Positions 39,905-52,610 of a stretch of DNA of 64,000 nucleotides are shown here, piece by piece; the first letter of the stretch is position 1; each line of letters opens with the position of its first letter. The notes under the pieces are model-generated. The model worked only from the letters and a program-made list of their open reading frames with translations, ran no database searches and had not been told where the DNA came from. The translations under genes and the position numbers were made by a program. The DNA is taken from the NCBI RefSeq assembly GCF_044324875.1, contig NZ_CP172185.1; one strand, given 5' to 3'. This stretch comes from Escherichia coli. Its GTDB lineage: Bacteria; Pseudomonadota; Gammaproteobacteria; Enterobacterales; Enterobacteriaceae.

Positions 39905-41551
39905 ATGAAAGTGACATTAACGTTTAACGAACAACGTCGTGCGGCGTATCGTCAGCAAGGGCTATGGGGCGATGCTTCGCTGGCCGATTACTGGCAGCAG
40001 ACCGCTCGTGCGATGCCAGACAAAATTGCCGTGGTCGATAATCATGGTGCATCGTACACCTATAGCGCGCTCGATCACGCCGCGAGCTGTCTGGCAAACT
40101 GGATGTTAGCGAAGGGTATTGAATCAGGCGATCGCATCGCATTTCAACTGCCTGGCTGGTGTGAATTTACCGTTATCTATCTTGCCTGCCTGAAAATCGG
40201 TGCGGTTTCCGTGCCGCTGTTGCCTTCCTGGCGAGAAGCAGAACTGGTGTGGGTGCTCAATAAGTGTCAGGCAAAAATGTTCTTTGCACCGACGTTGTTT
40301 AAACAAACGCGTCCGGTAGATTTAATCTTGCCGCTGCAAAATCAGCTTCCACAACTACAACAAATTGTCGGCGTGGACAAACTGGCTCCCGCCACCTCTG
40401 CTCTCTCATTAAGTCAGATTATCGCCGACAATACTCCTCTGACCACGGCGATAACGGTCCACGGCGATGAATTAGCCGCGGTGCTGTTTACCTCCGGAAC
40501 CGAGGGTCTGCCAAAGGGCGTGATGCTAACGCATAACAATATTCTCGCCAGTGAGCGGGCTTATTGCGCGCGGTTGAATCTGACCTGGCAGGATGTCTTT
40601 ATGATGCCTGCGCCACTTGGTCATGCAACGGGCTTTCTGCATGGCGTAACGGCACCATTTTTAATTGGTGCTCGCAGCGTGTTGTTAGATATTTTCACTC
40701 CTGCTGCGTGTCTCGCGCTGCTTGAGCAGCAGCGTTGCACCTGTATGCTCGGCGCAACGCCGTTTGTCTATGATCTTTTGAATTTACTGGAGAAACAGCC
40801 CGCTGACCTTTCAGCGCTGCGTTTCTTTCTTTGCGGCGGTACCACAATCCCCAAAAAAGTGGCGCGTGAATGCCAGCAGCGCGGCATTAAATTATTAAGT
40901 GTTTATGGTTCCACAGAAAGTTCGCCGCACGCAGTGGTGAATCTCGATGATCCTTTGTCGCGCTTTATGCATACCGATGGTTACGCTGCCGCAGGAGTTG
41001 AGATTAAAGTGGTCGATGACGCACGCAAGACCTTACCGCCAGGTTGCGAAGGTGAAGAAGCCTCGCGTGGCCCCAATGTGTTTATGGGGTATTTTGATGA
41101 ACCTGAATTAACCGCCCGTGCGCTGGATGAAGAAGGCTGGTATTACAGCGGCGATCTCTGCCGCATGGATGAAGCTGGCTATATAAAAATAACCGGGCGC
41201 AAGAAAGATATTATTGTCCGCGGCGGCGAAAATATTAGCAGCCGTGAAGTAGAAGATATTTTATTGCAGCATCCTAAAATTCACGATGCCTGTGTGGTTG
41301 CGATGCCCGATGAACGTTTAGGTGAACGCTCATGCGCTTATGTCGTGCTGAAAGCCCCGCATCATTCATTATCGCTGGAAGACGTGGTGACTTTTTTTAG
41401 CCGTAAACGGGTCGCGAAATATAAATATCCTGAACATATCGTGGTAATCGAAAAACTACCTCGCACTGCCTCAGGTAAAATACAAAAGTTTTTGTTAAGG
41501 AAAGATATTATGCTGCGATTAACTCAGGATGTCTGTGAAGAGATTGAATAA
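39905..41551 (+). CDS. fadK: short-chain acyl-CoA synthetase
   Basis: Start at MKVTLTFNEQ (548 aa); AMP-binding TSGTEGLPKG motif. Confidence 0.85.
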   Translation: MKVTLTFNEQRRAAYRQQGLWGDASLADYWQQTARAMPDKIAVVDNHGASYTYSALDHAASCLANWMLAKGIESGDRIAFQLPGWCEFTVIYLACLKIGAVSVPLLPSWREAELVWVLNKCQAKMFFAPTLFKQTRPVDLILPLQNQLPQLQQIVGVDKLAPATSALSLSQIIADNTPLTTAITVHGDELAAVLFTSGTEGLPKGVMLTHNNILASERAYCARLNLTWQDVFMMPAPLGHATGFLHGVTAPFLIGARSVLLDIFTPAACLALLEQQRCTCMLGATPFVYDLLNLLEKQPADLSALRFFLCGGTTIPKKVARECQQRGIKLLSVYGSTESSPHAVVNLDDPLSRFMHTDGYAAAGVEIKVVDDARKTLPPGCEGEEASRGPNVFMGYFDEPELTARALDEEGWYYSGDLCRMDEAGYIKITGRKKDIIVRGGENISSREVEDILLQHPKIHDACVVAMPDERLGERSCAYVVLKAPHHSLSLEDVVTFFSRKRVAKYKYPEHIVVIEKLPRTASGKIQKFLLRKDIMLRLTQDVCEEIE

Positions 41552-41576
41552 GTTTCATCTTCGGGGATCACATAAA

Positions 41577-41612
41577 CCCGGCGACAAAACGCCGCCGGGT
41601 ATTTATTTTATT
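41577..41612 (+). terminator. rho-independent terminator after fadK, convergent with ppsA
   Basis: cccggcg...cgccggg stem followed by tatttattttatttc. Confidence 0.55.
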
Positions 41613-43986
41613 TCTTCAGTTCAGCCAGGCTTAACCAGGTTTGCACCACGGTATCCGGGTTCAGAGACAGGCTATCGATCCCTTCTTCCATCAACCATGC
41701 GGCAAAGTCTTCGTGGTCGGACGGGCCCTGACCGCAAATCCCGACATATTTGCCCTGTTTCTTCGCGGCACGAATCGCCATCGACAGCAGTGCTTTCACC
41801 GCATCGTTGCGCTCATCGAACAGTTCAGACACCACGCCGGAGTCACGATCCAGACCGAGCGCCAGCTGTGTCATGTCGTTTGAGCCAATTGAGAAGCCGT
41901 CGAAATATTCGAGGAACTGCTCTGCCAGTAAGGCGTTGGACGGAATTTCACACATCATGATGATTTTCAGTCCGTTCTCACCACGTTTCAGCCCCTGACG
42001 CGCCAGTTCGTCAACCACCGCTTTCGCCTGATCTACGGTACGCACGAACGGGATCATGATCTCAACGTTGGTCAGCCCCATATCGTTGCGCACACGTTTC
42101 ACTGCTTCACACTCCAGCGCGAAGCAGTCGCGGAAGCTGTCGGAAACATAGCGGCCCGCGCCACGGAAGCCGAGCATCGGGTTCTCTTCATCTGGCTCGT
42201 AACGCTCACCACCGACCAGGTTGGCATATTCGTTCGATTTAAAATCAGAGAGACGGACAATGACGCGCTTCGGATAAAACGCGGCACCCAGCGTCGCGAT
42301 CCCTTCAGTCAGACGACCAACGTAAAATTCACGCGGAGAATCAAAACCTTTCATCATCTCGCGGATTTCGTTTTGCAACTGCGGTTCCTGATCGTCAAAC
42401 TCAAGCAGTGCGCGTGGGTGGACGCCAATCATACGGTTGATGATAAATTCCAGACGCGCAAGGCCGACGCCTTCGTTCGGCAGGCAGGCGAAGTCGAAAG
42501 CACGGTCCGGGTTACCGACGTTCATCATTACTTTCAACGGCAGATCCGGCATCGTTTCTACGCTGGAGCTTTTCACGCTAAATTCCAGCAACTCCGCATA
42601 GACATAACCGGTATCACCTTCGGCACAAGAAACAGTGACGTTCTCACCGTCTTTCATCCGTTCTGTTGCATCACCACAGCCCACTACCGCCGGAATGCCG
42701 AGTTCACGAGCGATGATCGCCGCGTGACAGGTACGCCCCCCACGGTTGGTGACGATGGCAGATGCCTTCTTCATGATCGGTTCCCAGTCCGGGTCGGTCA
42801 TGTCAGTAACCAGCACGTCGCCAGGTTCGATGCGGTTCATTTCGCTGATGTCATGGATGACTTTCACCGGACCCGCGCCGATGCGATGACCGATAGCACG
42901 GCCTTCGGCGATAATCTTACCCTGTGAATGCAGCGTATAACGCTCCATGACCTGACCGCGTGAGCGCACGGTTTCCGGACGCGCCTGCACAATGAACAGT
43001 TTGCCGGTGTGGCCATCTTTCGCCCACTCAATATCCATTGGGCGACCGTAGTGTTTCTCAATTTGTACGGCCTGTTTTGCCAGTTCCTGCACTTCTTCGT
43101 TGGTCAGCGAGAAGATGTCACGCTGTTCCTGCGGTACGTCTTCGATTTTAACCTGCTTGCCGTGCTCCTGGGTCGGCGCGTAAACCATGCGGATTTTTTT
43201 CGACCCCATGGTGCGGCGCACGATAGCCGGGCGATTCGCCGCCAGTGTCGGTTTGTGCACGTAAAACTCATCCGGGTTAACCGCACCCTGCACGACCATT
43301 TCACCAAGGCCCCATGCGGAAGTGATAAACACCACCTGGTCAAAGCCGGATTCGGTATCAATGGAGAACATCACGCCAGAAGATGCGAGGTCGGAGCGCA
43401 CCATCCGCTGAACACCGGCGGAGAGCGCCACGCCACGGTGATCGTAACCCTGGTGCACACGATAAGAGATGGCGCGATCGTTAAACAGAGAAGCAAATAC
43501 ATGTTTCACTGCCACGAGAACGGCGTCAAAACCCTGAACGTTGAGGAAAGTTTCCTGCTGACCGGCAAAAGAAGCGTCCGGCATATCTTCTGCAGTAGCG
43601 GAGGAACGCACCGCAAACGAGGCGTTTTCGTCATCGGCGGAAAGCTGTGCATAGGCTTCGCGGATGGCGTTTTCCAGCTCAGGCTGGAAGGGAGTGTCGA
43701 TAATCCACTGGCGGATTTGCGCGCCCGCTTTCGCAAGCTGGGTAACATCGTCAATATCCGTTTTATCCAGCAGTTCATAAATGCGCTGGTTTACGCCGCT
43801 TTGGTCCAGAAACTGGTTAAACGCGTCGGCGGTTGTGGCGAAACCATTCGGAACGGAAACACCCATTCCGGAAAGGTTAGTAATCATTTCACCCAGGGAG
43901 GCATTTTTGCCCCCAACCCTGTCTACATCATTCATGCCGAGTTGGTTATACCAAAGCACCAGCGGTGACGAGCCATTGTTGGACAT
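41608..43986 (-). CDS. ppsA: phosphoenolpyruvate synthase
   Basis: 792-aa ORF beginning [21 protein letters not shown]. Confidence 0.95.
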   Translation of the reverse strand: MSNNGSSPLVLWYNQLGMNDVDRVGGKNASLGEMITNLSGMGVSVPNGFATTADAFNQFLDQSGVNQRIYELLDKTDIDDVTQLAKAGAQIRQWIIDTPFQPELENAIREAYAQLSADDENASFAVRSSATAEDMPDASFAGQQETFLNVQGFDAVLVAVKHVFASLFNDRAISYRVHQGYDHRGVALSAGVQRMVRSDLASSGVMFSIDTESGFDQVVFITSAWGLGEMVVQGAVNPDEFYVHKPTLAANRPAIVRRTMGSKKIRMVYAPTQEHGKQVKIEDVPQEQRDIFSLTNEEVQELAKQAVQIEKHYGRPMDIEWAKDGHTGKLFIVQARPETVRSRGQVMERYTLHSQGKIIAEGRAIGHRIGAGPVKVIHDISEMNRIEPGDVLVTDMTDPDWEPIMKKASAIVTNRGGRTCHAAIIARELGIPAVVGCGDATERMKDGENVTVSCAEGDTGYVYAELLEFSVKSSSVETMPDLPLKVMMNVGNPDRAFDFACLPNEGVGLARLEFIINRMIGVHPRALLEFDDQEPQLQNEIREMMKGFDSPREFYVGRLTEGIATLGAAFYPKRVIVRLSDFKSNEYANLVGGERYEPDEENPMLGFRGAGRYVSDSFRDCFALECEAVKRVRNDMGLTNVEIMIPFVRTVDQAKAVVDELARQGLKRGENGLKIIMMCEIPSNALLAEQFLEYFDGFSIGSNDMTQLALGLDRDSGVVSELFDERNDAVKALLSMAIRAAKKQGKYVGICGQGPSDHEDFAAWLMEEGIDSLSLNPDTVVQTWLSLAELKK

Positions 43987-44317
43987 CGAACAATCCTTTT
44001 GTGATAAATGAACGGTTTGAGAAACACATTTCTGCGCATTTATCTTTGCATATTTAACCGGATGAAAAAAACGGTGAATCGTTCAAGCAAATATATTTTT
44101 TTACTTTTTAAGACTGATCCCAGCGTTGCGCAAATCTGCTCTCTTCGACAATTTCCACATAAACCATCGGTATAAACGAAACCATAAAAATGAAATGCTG
44201 TTTTCATAAAAAATAAAATTGAAGGTTCATTTATAAACCAGACATAACGTTCTACGCTTCTGTGCGTTTTTAATTTATGCTTTCATAGAATTATGTCTGC
44301 ATCACGGGAAGAACAAA

Positions 44318-45151
44318 ATGGATAATGCTGTTGATCGCCACGTTTTTTATATTTCTGATGGTACGGCAATAACTGCGGAGGTATTAGGACACGCAGTAAT
44401 GTCACAATTTCCCGTCACTATCAGCAGCATTACGCTGCCGTTTGTCGAAAATGAGAGCCGTGCACGGGCAGTGAAGGATCAGATTGACGCAATTTATCAC
44501 CAGACAGGTGTGCGCCCGCTGGTCTTCTACTCCATCGTGTTGCCGGAGATTCGCGCCATCATCTTGCAAAGTGAGGGCTTTTGCCAGGATATCGTTCAGG
44601 CGCTGGTTGCCCCGCTACAACAAGAGATGAAACTGGATCCAACGCCGATTGCTCATCGTACCCATGGCCTGAACCCTAATAACCTCAATAAATATGACGC
44701 GCGTATTGCGGCGATTGATTACACCCTCGCCCACGATGATGGCATTTCGTTGCGCAATCTGGACCAGGCTCAGGTGATCCTGCTCGGTGTTTCTCGCTGT
44801 GGTAAAACCCCCACCAGTCTGTATCTGGCAATGCAATTTGGTATCCGCGCGGCAAACTACCCCTTTATTGCCGACGATATGGATAATCTGGTGCTACCCG
44901 CGTCGCTCAAACCGCTTCAGCATAAATTGTTCGGCCTGACTATCGACCCGGAACGTCTGGCGGCGATTCGCGAGGAACGTCGGGAGAACAGTCGCTATGC
45001 CTCGCTTCGTCAGTGCAGGATGGAAGTCGCGGAAGTGGAAGCATTGTACCGTAAAAATCAGATCCCGTGGATTAACAGTACCAATTATTCGGTAGAAGAG
45101 ATTGCTACCAAGATCCTCGATATCATGGGCCTTAGCCGCCGAATGTACTAG
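44318..45151 (+). CDS. ppsR: PEP synthase regulatory kinase/phosphorylase
   Basis: 277-aa ORF divergent from ppsA. Confidence 0.9.
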
Positions 45152-45165
45152 AGAACTAGTGCATT
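45145..45165. promoter_or_regulatory. TrpR operator of aroH
   Basis: gtactagagaactagtgcat, a GTACTAG-n-CTAGT palindrome upstream of aroH. Confidence 0.55.
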
Positions 45166-45307
45166 AACTTGTTTTTTTGTTATCATGCTAACCACCCGGC
45201 GAGGTGTGACACACCTCGCACTTGAAATCAGCTGCGATTGGTTTATCGTGATGCGCATCACTTCCCGGTAGTCCTGCCGTAGAAGCAACAAATTTCTGAG
45301 ACTTGTA

Positions 45308-46354
45308 ATGAACAGAACTGACGAACTCCGTACTGCGCGTATTGAGAGCCTGGTAACGCCCGCCGAACTCGCGCTACGGTATCCCGTAACGCCTGGCGTC
45401 GCCACCCATGTCACCGACTCCCGCCGCAGAATTGAAAAAATACTGAATGGTGAAGATAAGCGACTGTTGGTCATTATTGGCCCCTGCTCGATCCACGATC
45501 TCACCGCTGCAATGGAGTACGCCACCCGTCTGCAGTCGCTGCGCAACCAGTACCAGTCACGGCTGGAAATCGTAATGCGCACCTATTTTGAAAAACCACG
45601 AACTGTTGTCGGCTGGAAAGGGCTAATCTCCGATCCGGATTTAAACGGCAGCTATCGGGTAAATCACGGTCTGGAGCTGGCGCGCAAATTACTTTTACAG
45701 GTAAATGAGCTGGGCGTCCCCACCGCGACTGAGTTCCTCGATATGGTGACCGGTCAGTTTATTGCTGATTTAATCAGTTGGGGCGCGATTGGCGCACGTA
45801 CTACCGAAAGTCAGATCCACCGTGAAATGGCTTCGGCACTCTCCTGTCCGGTAGGTTTTAAAAATGGTACCGATGGCAACACGCGGATTGCTGTGGATGC
45901 TATCCGCGCAGCCCGCGCCAGCCATATGTTCCTCTCGCCAGACAAAAATGGTCAGATGACCATCTATCAGACCAGCGGCAACCCGTATGGCCACATTATT
46001 ATGCGTGGCGGCAAAAAACCGAATTATCATGCCGATGATATCGCCGCAGCCTGCGATACGCTGCACGAATTTGATTTGCCTGAACATCTGGTGGTGGATT
46101 TCAGCCACGGTAACTGCCAGAAGCAGCACCGTCGCCAGTTAGAAGTTTGTGAGGATATTTGTCAGCAAATCCGCAATGGCTCTACGGCGATTGCTGGAAT
46201 TATGGCGGAAAGTTTCCTGCGCGAAGGAACGCAAAAAATCGTCGGCGGTCAGCCGCTCACTTACGGTCAATCCATTACCGACCCGTGTCTGGGCTGGGAA
46301 GATACAGAACGCCTGGTCGAAAAACTCGCCTCTGCGGTTGATACCCGCTTCTGA
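45308..46354 (+). CDS. aroH: DAHP synthase, Trp-sensitive
   Basis: 348-aa ORF. Confidence 0.92.
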   Translation: MNRTDELRTARIESLVTPAELALRYPVTPGVATHVTDSRRRIEKILNGEDKRLLVIIGPCSIHDLTAAMEYATRLQSLRNQYQSRLEIVMRTYFEKPRTVVGWKGLISDPDLNGSYRVNHGLELARKLLLQVNELGVPTATEFLDMVTGQFIADLISWGAIGARTTESQIHREMASALSCPVGFKNGTDGNTRIAVDAIRAARASHMFLSPDKNGQMTIYQTSGNPYGHIIMRGGKKPNYHADDIAAACDTLHEFDLPEHLVVDFSHGNCQKQHRRQLEVCEDICQQIRNGSTAIAGIMAESFLREGTQKIVGGQPLTYGQSITDPCLGWEDTERLVEKLASAVDTRF

Positions 46355-46435
46355 ATGCGTGCCCATTCCTGACGGAATGGGCATTTCTGCGCAACTTGTT
46401 GTCTCCTCAACAAATTACTGCTTGCTCTGGTTCGC

Positions 46436-46472
46436 CATAATATTGATAATAAGAATCATTGTTATATCAATT
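46436..46472. promoter_or_regulatory. Fur-box-like AT-rich repeats upstream of ydiE
   Basis: gataataagaatcattgttatatcaattattatt. Confidence 0.4.
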
Positions 46473-46485
46473 ATTATTAATTTTT

Positions 46486-46677
46486 ATGCGTTATACGGAT
46501 AGCAGAAAACTCACGCCTGAAACGGATGCCAATCACAAGACCGCTTCCCCGCAGCCCATCCGGCGAATTACCAGCCAGACACTGTTAGGTCCGGATGGCA
46601 AACTGATTATCGATCATGACGGGCAAGAATATCTGCTCCGTAAAACTCAGGCTGGCAAGCTGCTGTTGACCAAGTAG
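46486..46677 (+). CDS. ydiE: HemP-like small protein
   Basis: 63-aa reading from [10 protein letters not shown] inside the 72-aa ORF. Confidence 0.7.
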   Translation: MRYTDSRKLTPETDANHKTASPQPIRRITSQTLLGPDGKLIIDHDGQEYLLRKTQAGKLLLTK

Positions 46678-46680
46678 CCT

Positions 46681-48156
<1,476 letters not shown>

Positions 48157-48179
48157 TTAAACACCAGCAAACAGGAGGG

Positions 48180-48893
48180 TTATCGCTGAACCAACGTCGT
48201 TATCTGATTTATGGGAACGGCAGGCCACAGGCATCCCTGGAGAGCATGGAAATCAAAGGGGGTAATCTGTGCCATTATTTCTAGCGTATCAATGCCCCCC
48301 GCGATGATGCAATTGCAACATGGGGAAATTTGCGCCTGGATCGCACGAATAAACGGTTCGAAGGAGCGATGCGTGATTTGTTGCTGAATAAAACTTTTAT
48401 CCAGCATGACGCGGGTGAAAAGACCATCAAAAACCGCTTTCATTGTGCTATTGCCTGCGCCCAAATTACCTAACACAAGGGGATACATTTGCGATAAGGA
48501 AAAAAGATCGCGATTATCTTTTCCTTCATCGAGATGCGGGTAATTCTCATTAATCAACAGTTCAATAAACGGATATTTTAATAGTTCGCCTGCGTAATTA
48601 TCCCTGTCTAATAATAAAGTAGCCACTTGTGGCGTTAAATTAAGCCAGGCAAAGAGTTTATGTTGAATAAAAAAGTGTTGGCATGATTTTAGTAATTCCA
48701 ACTGCTCTGAAAATAATTGCCAATGTTGCTCCTCGGTAAGTTGCGCTATAACCCGACTCGTCGGGATACGAACCGTACCATCTTCACTGGAGAAATGGGT
48801 AATTAACTCAACGCCGACAAGGTCTTGCTGGTTATCTCTTATCGGCAGGAAATAGCAATCAGAATGATAAAGATTCTCCAAAAAAATCTTCAT
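48180..48893 (-). CDS. ydiV: EAL-like anti-FlhDC factor
   Basis: 237-aa ORF. Confidence 0.85.
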   Translation of the reverse strand: MKIFLENLYHSDCYFLPIRDNQQDLVGVELITHFSSEDGTVRIPTSRVIAQLTEEQHWQLFSEQLELLKSCQHFFIQHKLFAWLNLTPQVATLLLDRDNYAGELLKYPFIELLINENYPHLDEGKDNRDLFSLSQMYPLVLGNLGAGNSTMKAVFDGLFTRVMLDKSFIQQQITHRSFEPFIRAIQAQISPCCNCIIAGGIDTLEIMAQITPFDFHALQGCLWPAVPINQITTLVQR

Positions 48894-49139
48894 GGTAACC
48901 GTCCCTCTCGAAGGATGTTTTTCAGTATCCGGCTAAAAGGGATGAGGCCATAAGACATAACAATTACAGAAGGAGTAACTTTCATTTGTTCCATGTTAAC
49001 CACTTTTTCAGGGGTCCTTTTTTTAGATTATCCTGATTATAAACGAATAATCCATTTACGGAATTTTTGTCTGCAAAATACTACCGTATTCTGGAGTAAA
49101 TTGACGGCGATGTATCATCGCCGTCAATTTTTCGACATA

Positions 49140-49604
49140 CTAGATTCGTCTCGCCTGCCAGAAATTTTTCTGCCAATAGACATTATCAAGTGAGGAACGC
49201 ATCACTCCCTTGCTGGTAGAGGCGTGGATAAATTGGTTGTTGGTATCGTAAATACCTACATGCAAACCATTTTGTCCGGAGCCCGTTTTGAAAAAGACCA
49301 GGTCACCTGGCAGCAACTCGTCTTTATCAATTTGCGTGCCGATAGAGGCTTGTTCTTTAGTTTCTCGGGGCAGCTGCAAATCGAAACGATCGCGCATCGT
49401 CACAACCACAAACCCCGAACAGTCCACACCGCGCCGCGTCATGCCACCATAACGATACGGCGTGCCATGCCAGCTCTGTAGCTGGTCGTTCAAACCGGCA
49501 ATAACGGTAATCGAATCAGAAAGTCTGGCATTTGGCGGCGGTGCTTTATGGTGGCTACACCCGGCCAGAAACAGTGCTGTGATCAAAATAAGGCAGAAAC
49601 GCAT
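49140..49604 (-). CDS. nlpC: NlpC/P60-family lipoprotein
   Basis: 154-aa ORF with lipobox LFLAGC and NlpC/P60 Cys motif. Confidence 0.9.
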   Translation of the reverse strand: MRFCLILITALFLAGCSHHKAPPPNARLSDSITVIAGLNDQLQSWHGTPYRYGGMTRRGVDCSGFVVVTMRDRFDLQLPRETKEQASIGTQIDKDELLPGDLVFFKTGSGQNGLHVGIYDTNNQFIHASTSKGVMRSSLDNVYWQKNFWQARRI

Positions 49605-49681
49605 TCCGTACGGTTCCTCTGTTTTTTATTCTTGCATTAATTTAGCGTCGTAATTACCCGATTTTCAAGATACTAATGAAA

Positions 49682-50431
49682 TCAGATGGTCGAAATCAGC
49701 ATTCTGTGACCTTCGATATCCAGACGGCGAAAATTCATCCCATAGGCCTGCGCCAGATTTGGCGGCGTGAGCACCTCTTCCCTGCGTCCACTGGCCAGCA
49801 TTTTTCCACCTTTTAGCAACCACGCCCGATGCGCATGACGCAATGTATGGTTGAGATCGTGACTGCTCATCACAATCGCCAGTCCTTGCTGACACAGCGC
49901 GCTCAGAATTTTGTCTAATGCACTTTGTTGCGCAACATCAAGACTGTTCATCGGCTCATCAAGAAGCAGCAATTGGCCTGCGGGATTGGCTTGTGGTGTG
50001 ATTTGCAGCACCACCGCAGCAAGACGTACGCGTTGCCATTCGCCGCCGGAAAGTTGATTGGTGCTACGTCCGAGTTTGTCATCAAGAGTCAGCGCCCCTG
50101 CGACATCATTCAGTAGTTCGGTACGCGTTTTATCGTGCTGATGCAGTGTCAGGTAGTGCCAGACCGGCATTGCAAACGGTGGCGTCTGTTGTTGTGAAAG
50201 ATAGGCGCGATGCAGCGCGAGTTTTGTTGCGGACCATGCTTCCAGTGGTTGCCCCGCGAACTGAATGCTTCCCTTACCGCTGGTCATTCCGGCCATTCGC
50301 GCCAGTAAGGTACTCTTACCCGCGCCATTCGGCCCCACCAGGTGCAGGATCTCCCCAGCCCGAACCTCGCCAGAAAGCGGCCCCAGGCGGGTAGACTCCG
50401 CAACATCCTGTAACTGCATCACAATAGACAT
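49682..50431 (-). CDS. btuD: vitamin B12 ABC transporter ATPase
   Basis: Walker [10 protein letters not shown]; 249 aa. Confidence 0.92.
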   Translation of the reverse strand: MSIVMQLQDVAESTRLGPLSGEVRAGEILHLVGPNGAGKSTLLARMAGMTSGKGSIQFAGQPLEAWSATKLALHRAYLSQQQTPPFAMPVWHYLTLHQHDKTRTELLNDVAGALTLDDKLGRSTNQLSGGEWQRVRLAAVVLQITPQANPAGQLLLLDEPMNSLDVAQQSALDKILSALCQQGLAIVMSSHDLNHTLRHAHRAWLLKGGKMLASGRREEVLTPPNLAQAYGMNFRRLDIEGHRMLISTI

Positions 50432-50982
50432 TATTTTGCCAACGCCAGTTTAATGCTTTCCATCACAATGGGATCTTCCGGCGTCATATCCGGGGAAAAA
50501 CGCTGGATGACCAATCCGTCCCTGCCAACTAAAAATTTCTCAAAATTCCATAAGATATCATCAGGGTACAGCGGTGCACGACCTTTGCTGACCATACGGG
50601 CATAGAATCCGCTCTCTTCCGGCGCGACTGCGGTCGGCGCTGCGGCAATCAATTTTTGATACAGCGGATGGCGTCCTTCACCATTAACTTCAATCTTACT
50701 GAACATCGGGAACGTCACCCCCCATGTAGTGGTGCAGTAAGTTTTAATCTCTTCATCGCTGCCCGGTTCTTGCTCCAGAAACTGGTTGCACGGGAATCCC
50801 AGCACCACAAAACCACGATCGGCCCAGGCTTTCTGAATATTCTCCAACTGCTCATATTGCGGCGTTAAGCCACACTTTGAGGCGACATTGACAATCAACA
50901 GCACATTACCGGCGTACTTCTCCAGCGTGGTCACTTCACCGTCGATATCTTTCACTACGGTCGTCAGAATGGAATCTTGCAT
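50431..50982 (-). CDS. btuE: glutathione peroxidase-like BtuE
   Basis: 183-aa ORF. Confidence 0.9.
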   Translation of the reverse strand: MQDSILTTVVKDIDGEVTTLEKYAGNVLLIVNVASKCGLTPQYEQLENIQKAWADRGFVVLGFPCNQFLEQEPGSDEEIKTYCTTTWGVTFPMFSKIEVNGEGRHPLYQKLIAAAPTAVAPEESGFYARMVSKGRAPLYPDDILWNFEKFLVGRDGLVIQRFSPDMTPEDPIVMESIKLALAK

Positions 50983-51044
50983 CGTTTCTCCTGGGTGTGG
51001 TCAGTAAAAATCTTAGCTTTTAATCATAGACCGTCTTTTTGCGG

Positions 51045-52025
51045 CTAACGTCCTGCTTTTAACAATAACCAGATAAACACCGGCGCACCCAACGTTGCGG
51101 TGACCACGCCAATAGGCAGCTCTGCGGCAGCTAATGCCAGGCGCGCTACAACATCGGCCAGCAGCAATGCGCTCGCCCCTGCCAGCGCGCAGCCGGGAAG
51201 TAATACGCGATGATCGGTCAAACCACATAACCGGAGAATATGTGGGATCACCAGACCAATAAAGCCGATAGCACCCGCCAACGCCACACTGACGCCAACC
51301 ATCCAGCCGGTCGCTGCCACCAGCACATTGCGCCAGAACCACAGGGGTAAACCCAGTTGCCGCGCCGAGATCTCGCCAAGTGCTAACATATTCATCGGCC
51401 TGGACTGACAACAGATCCACAACAACACGGGGATCAATGCCAGCATCAGCCAGCTTTGCCGCCAGTCTACGCCGCCAAAACCGCCCATCATCCAGTACAT
51501 CAGCTGACGTAAATCAACAGAGGTGGAAAAGTAGATAGCCCACGTCATTAGTGCGCTACAGATAATCCCTAATGCAACGCCAGCCAGCAATAACCGACTG
51601 GTCGAAAGATGACGACGGGCGAAACGTAAGAGTATTAAAGTGATGATAAGCGCGCCAGCAATCGCACACAGCCCCAGCGCCCAGTTGGGGAGTTGCCCTT
51701 GCCCAAGCAATACAGCGGCGATAAGCCCCACGCCTGCGCCATTAGAGACGCCAAGTAGTCCAGGTTCTGCCAGAGGATTTTCAAATAACGCCTGCATTAC
51801 AGCGCCGGATATAGCCAACGCCGCACCAACCAGCAATACAGCCAGCGTACGTGGCAGGCGAATCTGCCAGACGAACAGTTCGCCTCGAGGAGAAAACCAG
51901 TCACCTGGCGAGATCCATTGTTCACCGGCGCAAAGGCTTAAGAGAAGCGCCAGCAGCATCAAAACTGACAGGCATAATAACCAGCGAATATTTTGTCGCT
52001 GTTGTTGGCGGGCAAGTGTCAGCAT
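51045..52025 (-). CDS. btuC: vitamin B12 ABC transporter permease
   Basis: 326-aa polytopic ORF. Confidence 0.92.
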   Translation of the reverse strand: MLTLARQQQRQNIRWLLCLSVLMLLALLLSLCAGEQWISPGDWFSPRGELFVWQIRLPRTLAVLLVGAALAISGAVMQALFENPLAEPGLLGVSNGAGVGLIAAVLLGQGQLPNWALGLCAIAGALIITLILLRFARRHLSTSRLLLAGVALGIICSALMTWAIYFSTSVDLRQLMYWMMGGFGGVDWRQSWLMLALIPVLLWICCQSRPMNMLALGEISARQLGLPLWFWRNVLVAATGWMVGVSVALAGAIGFIGLVIPHILRLCGLTDHRVLLPGCALAGASALLLADVVARLALAAAELPIGVVTATLGAPVFIWLLLKAGR

Positions 52026-52080
52026 GGTATCCGTTCTGCTGAAGTGTCATGGCGTTGATTTTACGGTGACTCTTCGACAG

Positions 52081-52108
52081 TGAAAAGAAAAAAGGCCGCA
52101 GAGCGGCC
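52081..52108 (-). terminator. rho-independent terminator (minus strand) between prophage gene 52215..52610 and btuC
   Basis: Minus strand reads ggccgc tct gcggcc followed by ttttttcttttc. Confidence 0.55.
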
Positions 52109-52214
52109 ATAATTGCAATCAAAAATCAATAATTTAAATACTTATCAATCACTTAAGAACACATTAAAATACAAGCAACCACGCAAAACGACGTGAATGT
52201 GGTCACTTTGTGGA

Positions 52215-52610
52215 TCATTCGTCCCCTTCTTTCTCTTTGTTCTGTTGAACGCTAATTGCGACACACGTAGCAATCAAATCTTTACATTTCTCCATATCTT
52301 CTGTCTTGCGCAACTTGATGCTTGCCACCGATTGTGGATTATCCGCTGTGGCACAATGCATTGTTATTTCAATGTCGTTTCGATGAAAGAGTCCCATAAT
52401 AGCTTTTGCAACCTCCGTCCCTTTTTCCGCGATATCAAAGATCAAAGCAAGTTTATACAAAATATCACCAGAAAAACACTCAACCCTGCTAAGACCAACA
52501 TCACATAATGAAAAATATTGCTCAACGTCCCCCTGGAGTTCGGGAGCACACACAATATCTATTTTTCCGTACTGGCCTGAATAAAAGTCACTATTAACTG
52601 TTTTTTTCAC
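52215..52610 (-). CDS. hypothetical protein coupled to the 3' end of int (unknown function)
   Basis: GTG at 52610 preceded by a perfect AAGGAGG SD; start overlaps the int stop by 17 nt (track ORF begins at an upstream TTG, 52631). Visibly AT-rich relative to flanks. Confidence 0.6.
   Translation of the reverse strand: MKKTVNSDFYSGQYGKIDIVCAPELQGDVEQYFSLCDVGLSRVECFSGDILYKLALIFDIAEKGTEVAKAIMGLFHRNDIEITMHCATADNPQSVASIKLRKTEDMEKCKDLIATCVAISVQQNKEKEGDE

Noticed and set aside
52026-52214. Remnant of the ihfA 3' end between btuC and the prophage
   Set aside because: Minus-strand translations in all frames do not resemble an IHF-alpha C-terminus; the region is AT-rich non-coding with one terminator hairpin.
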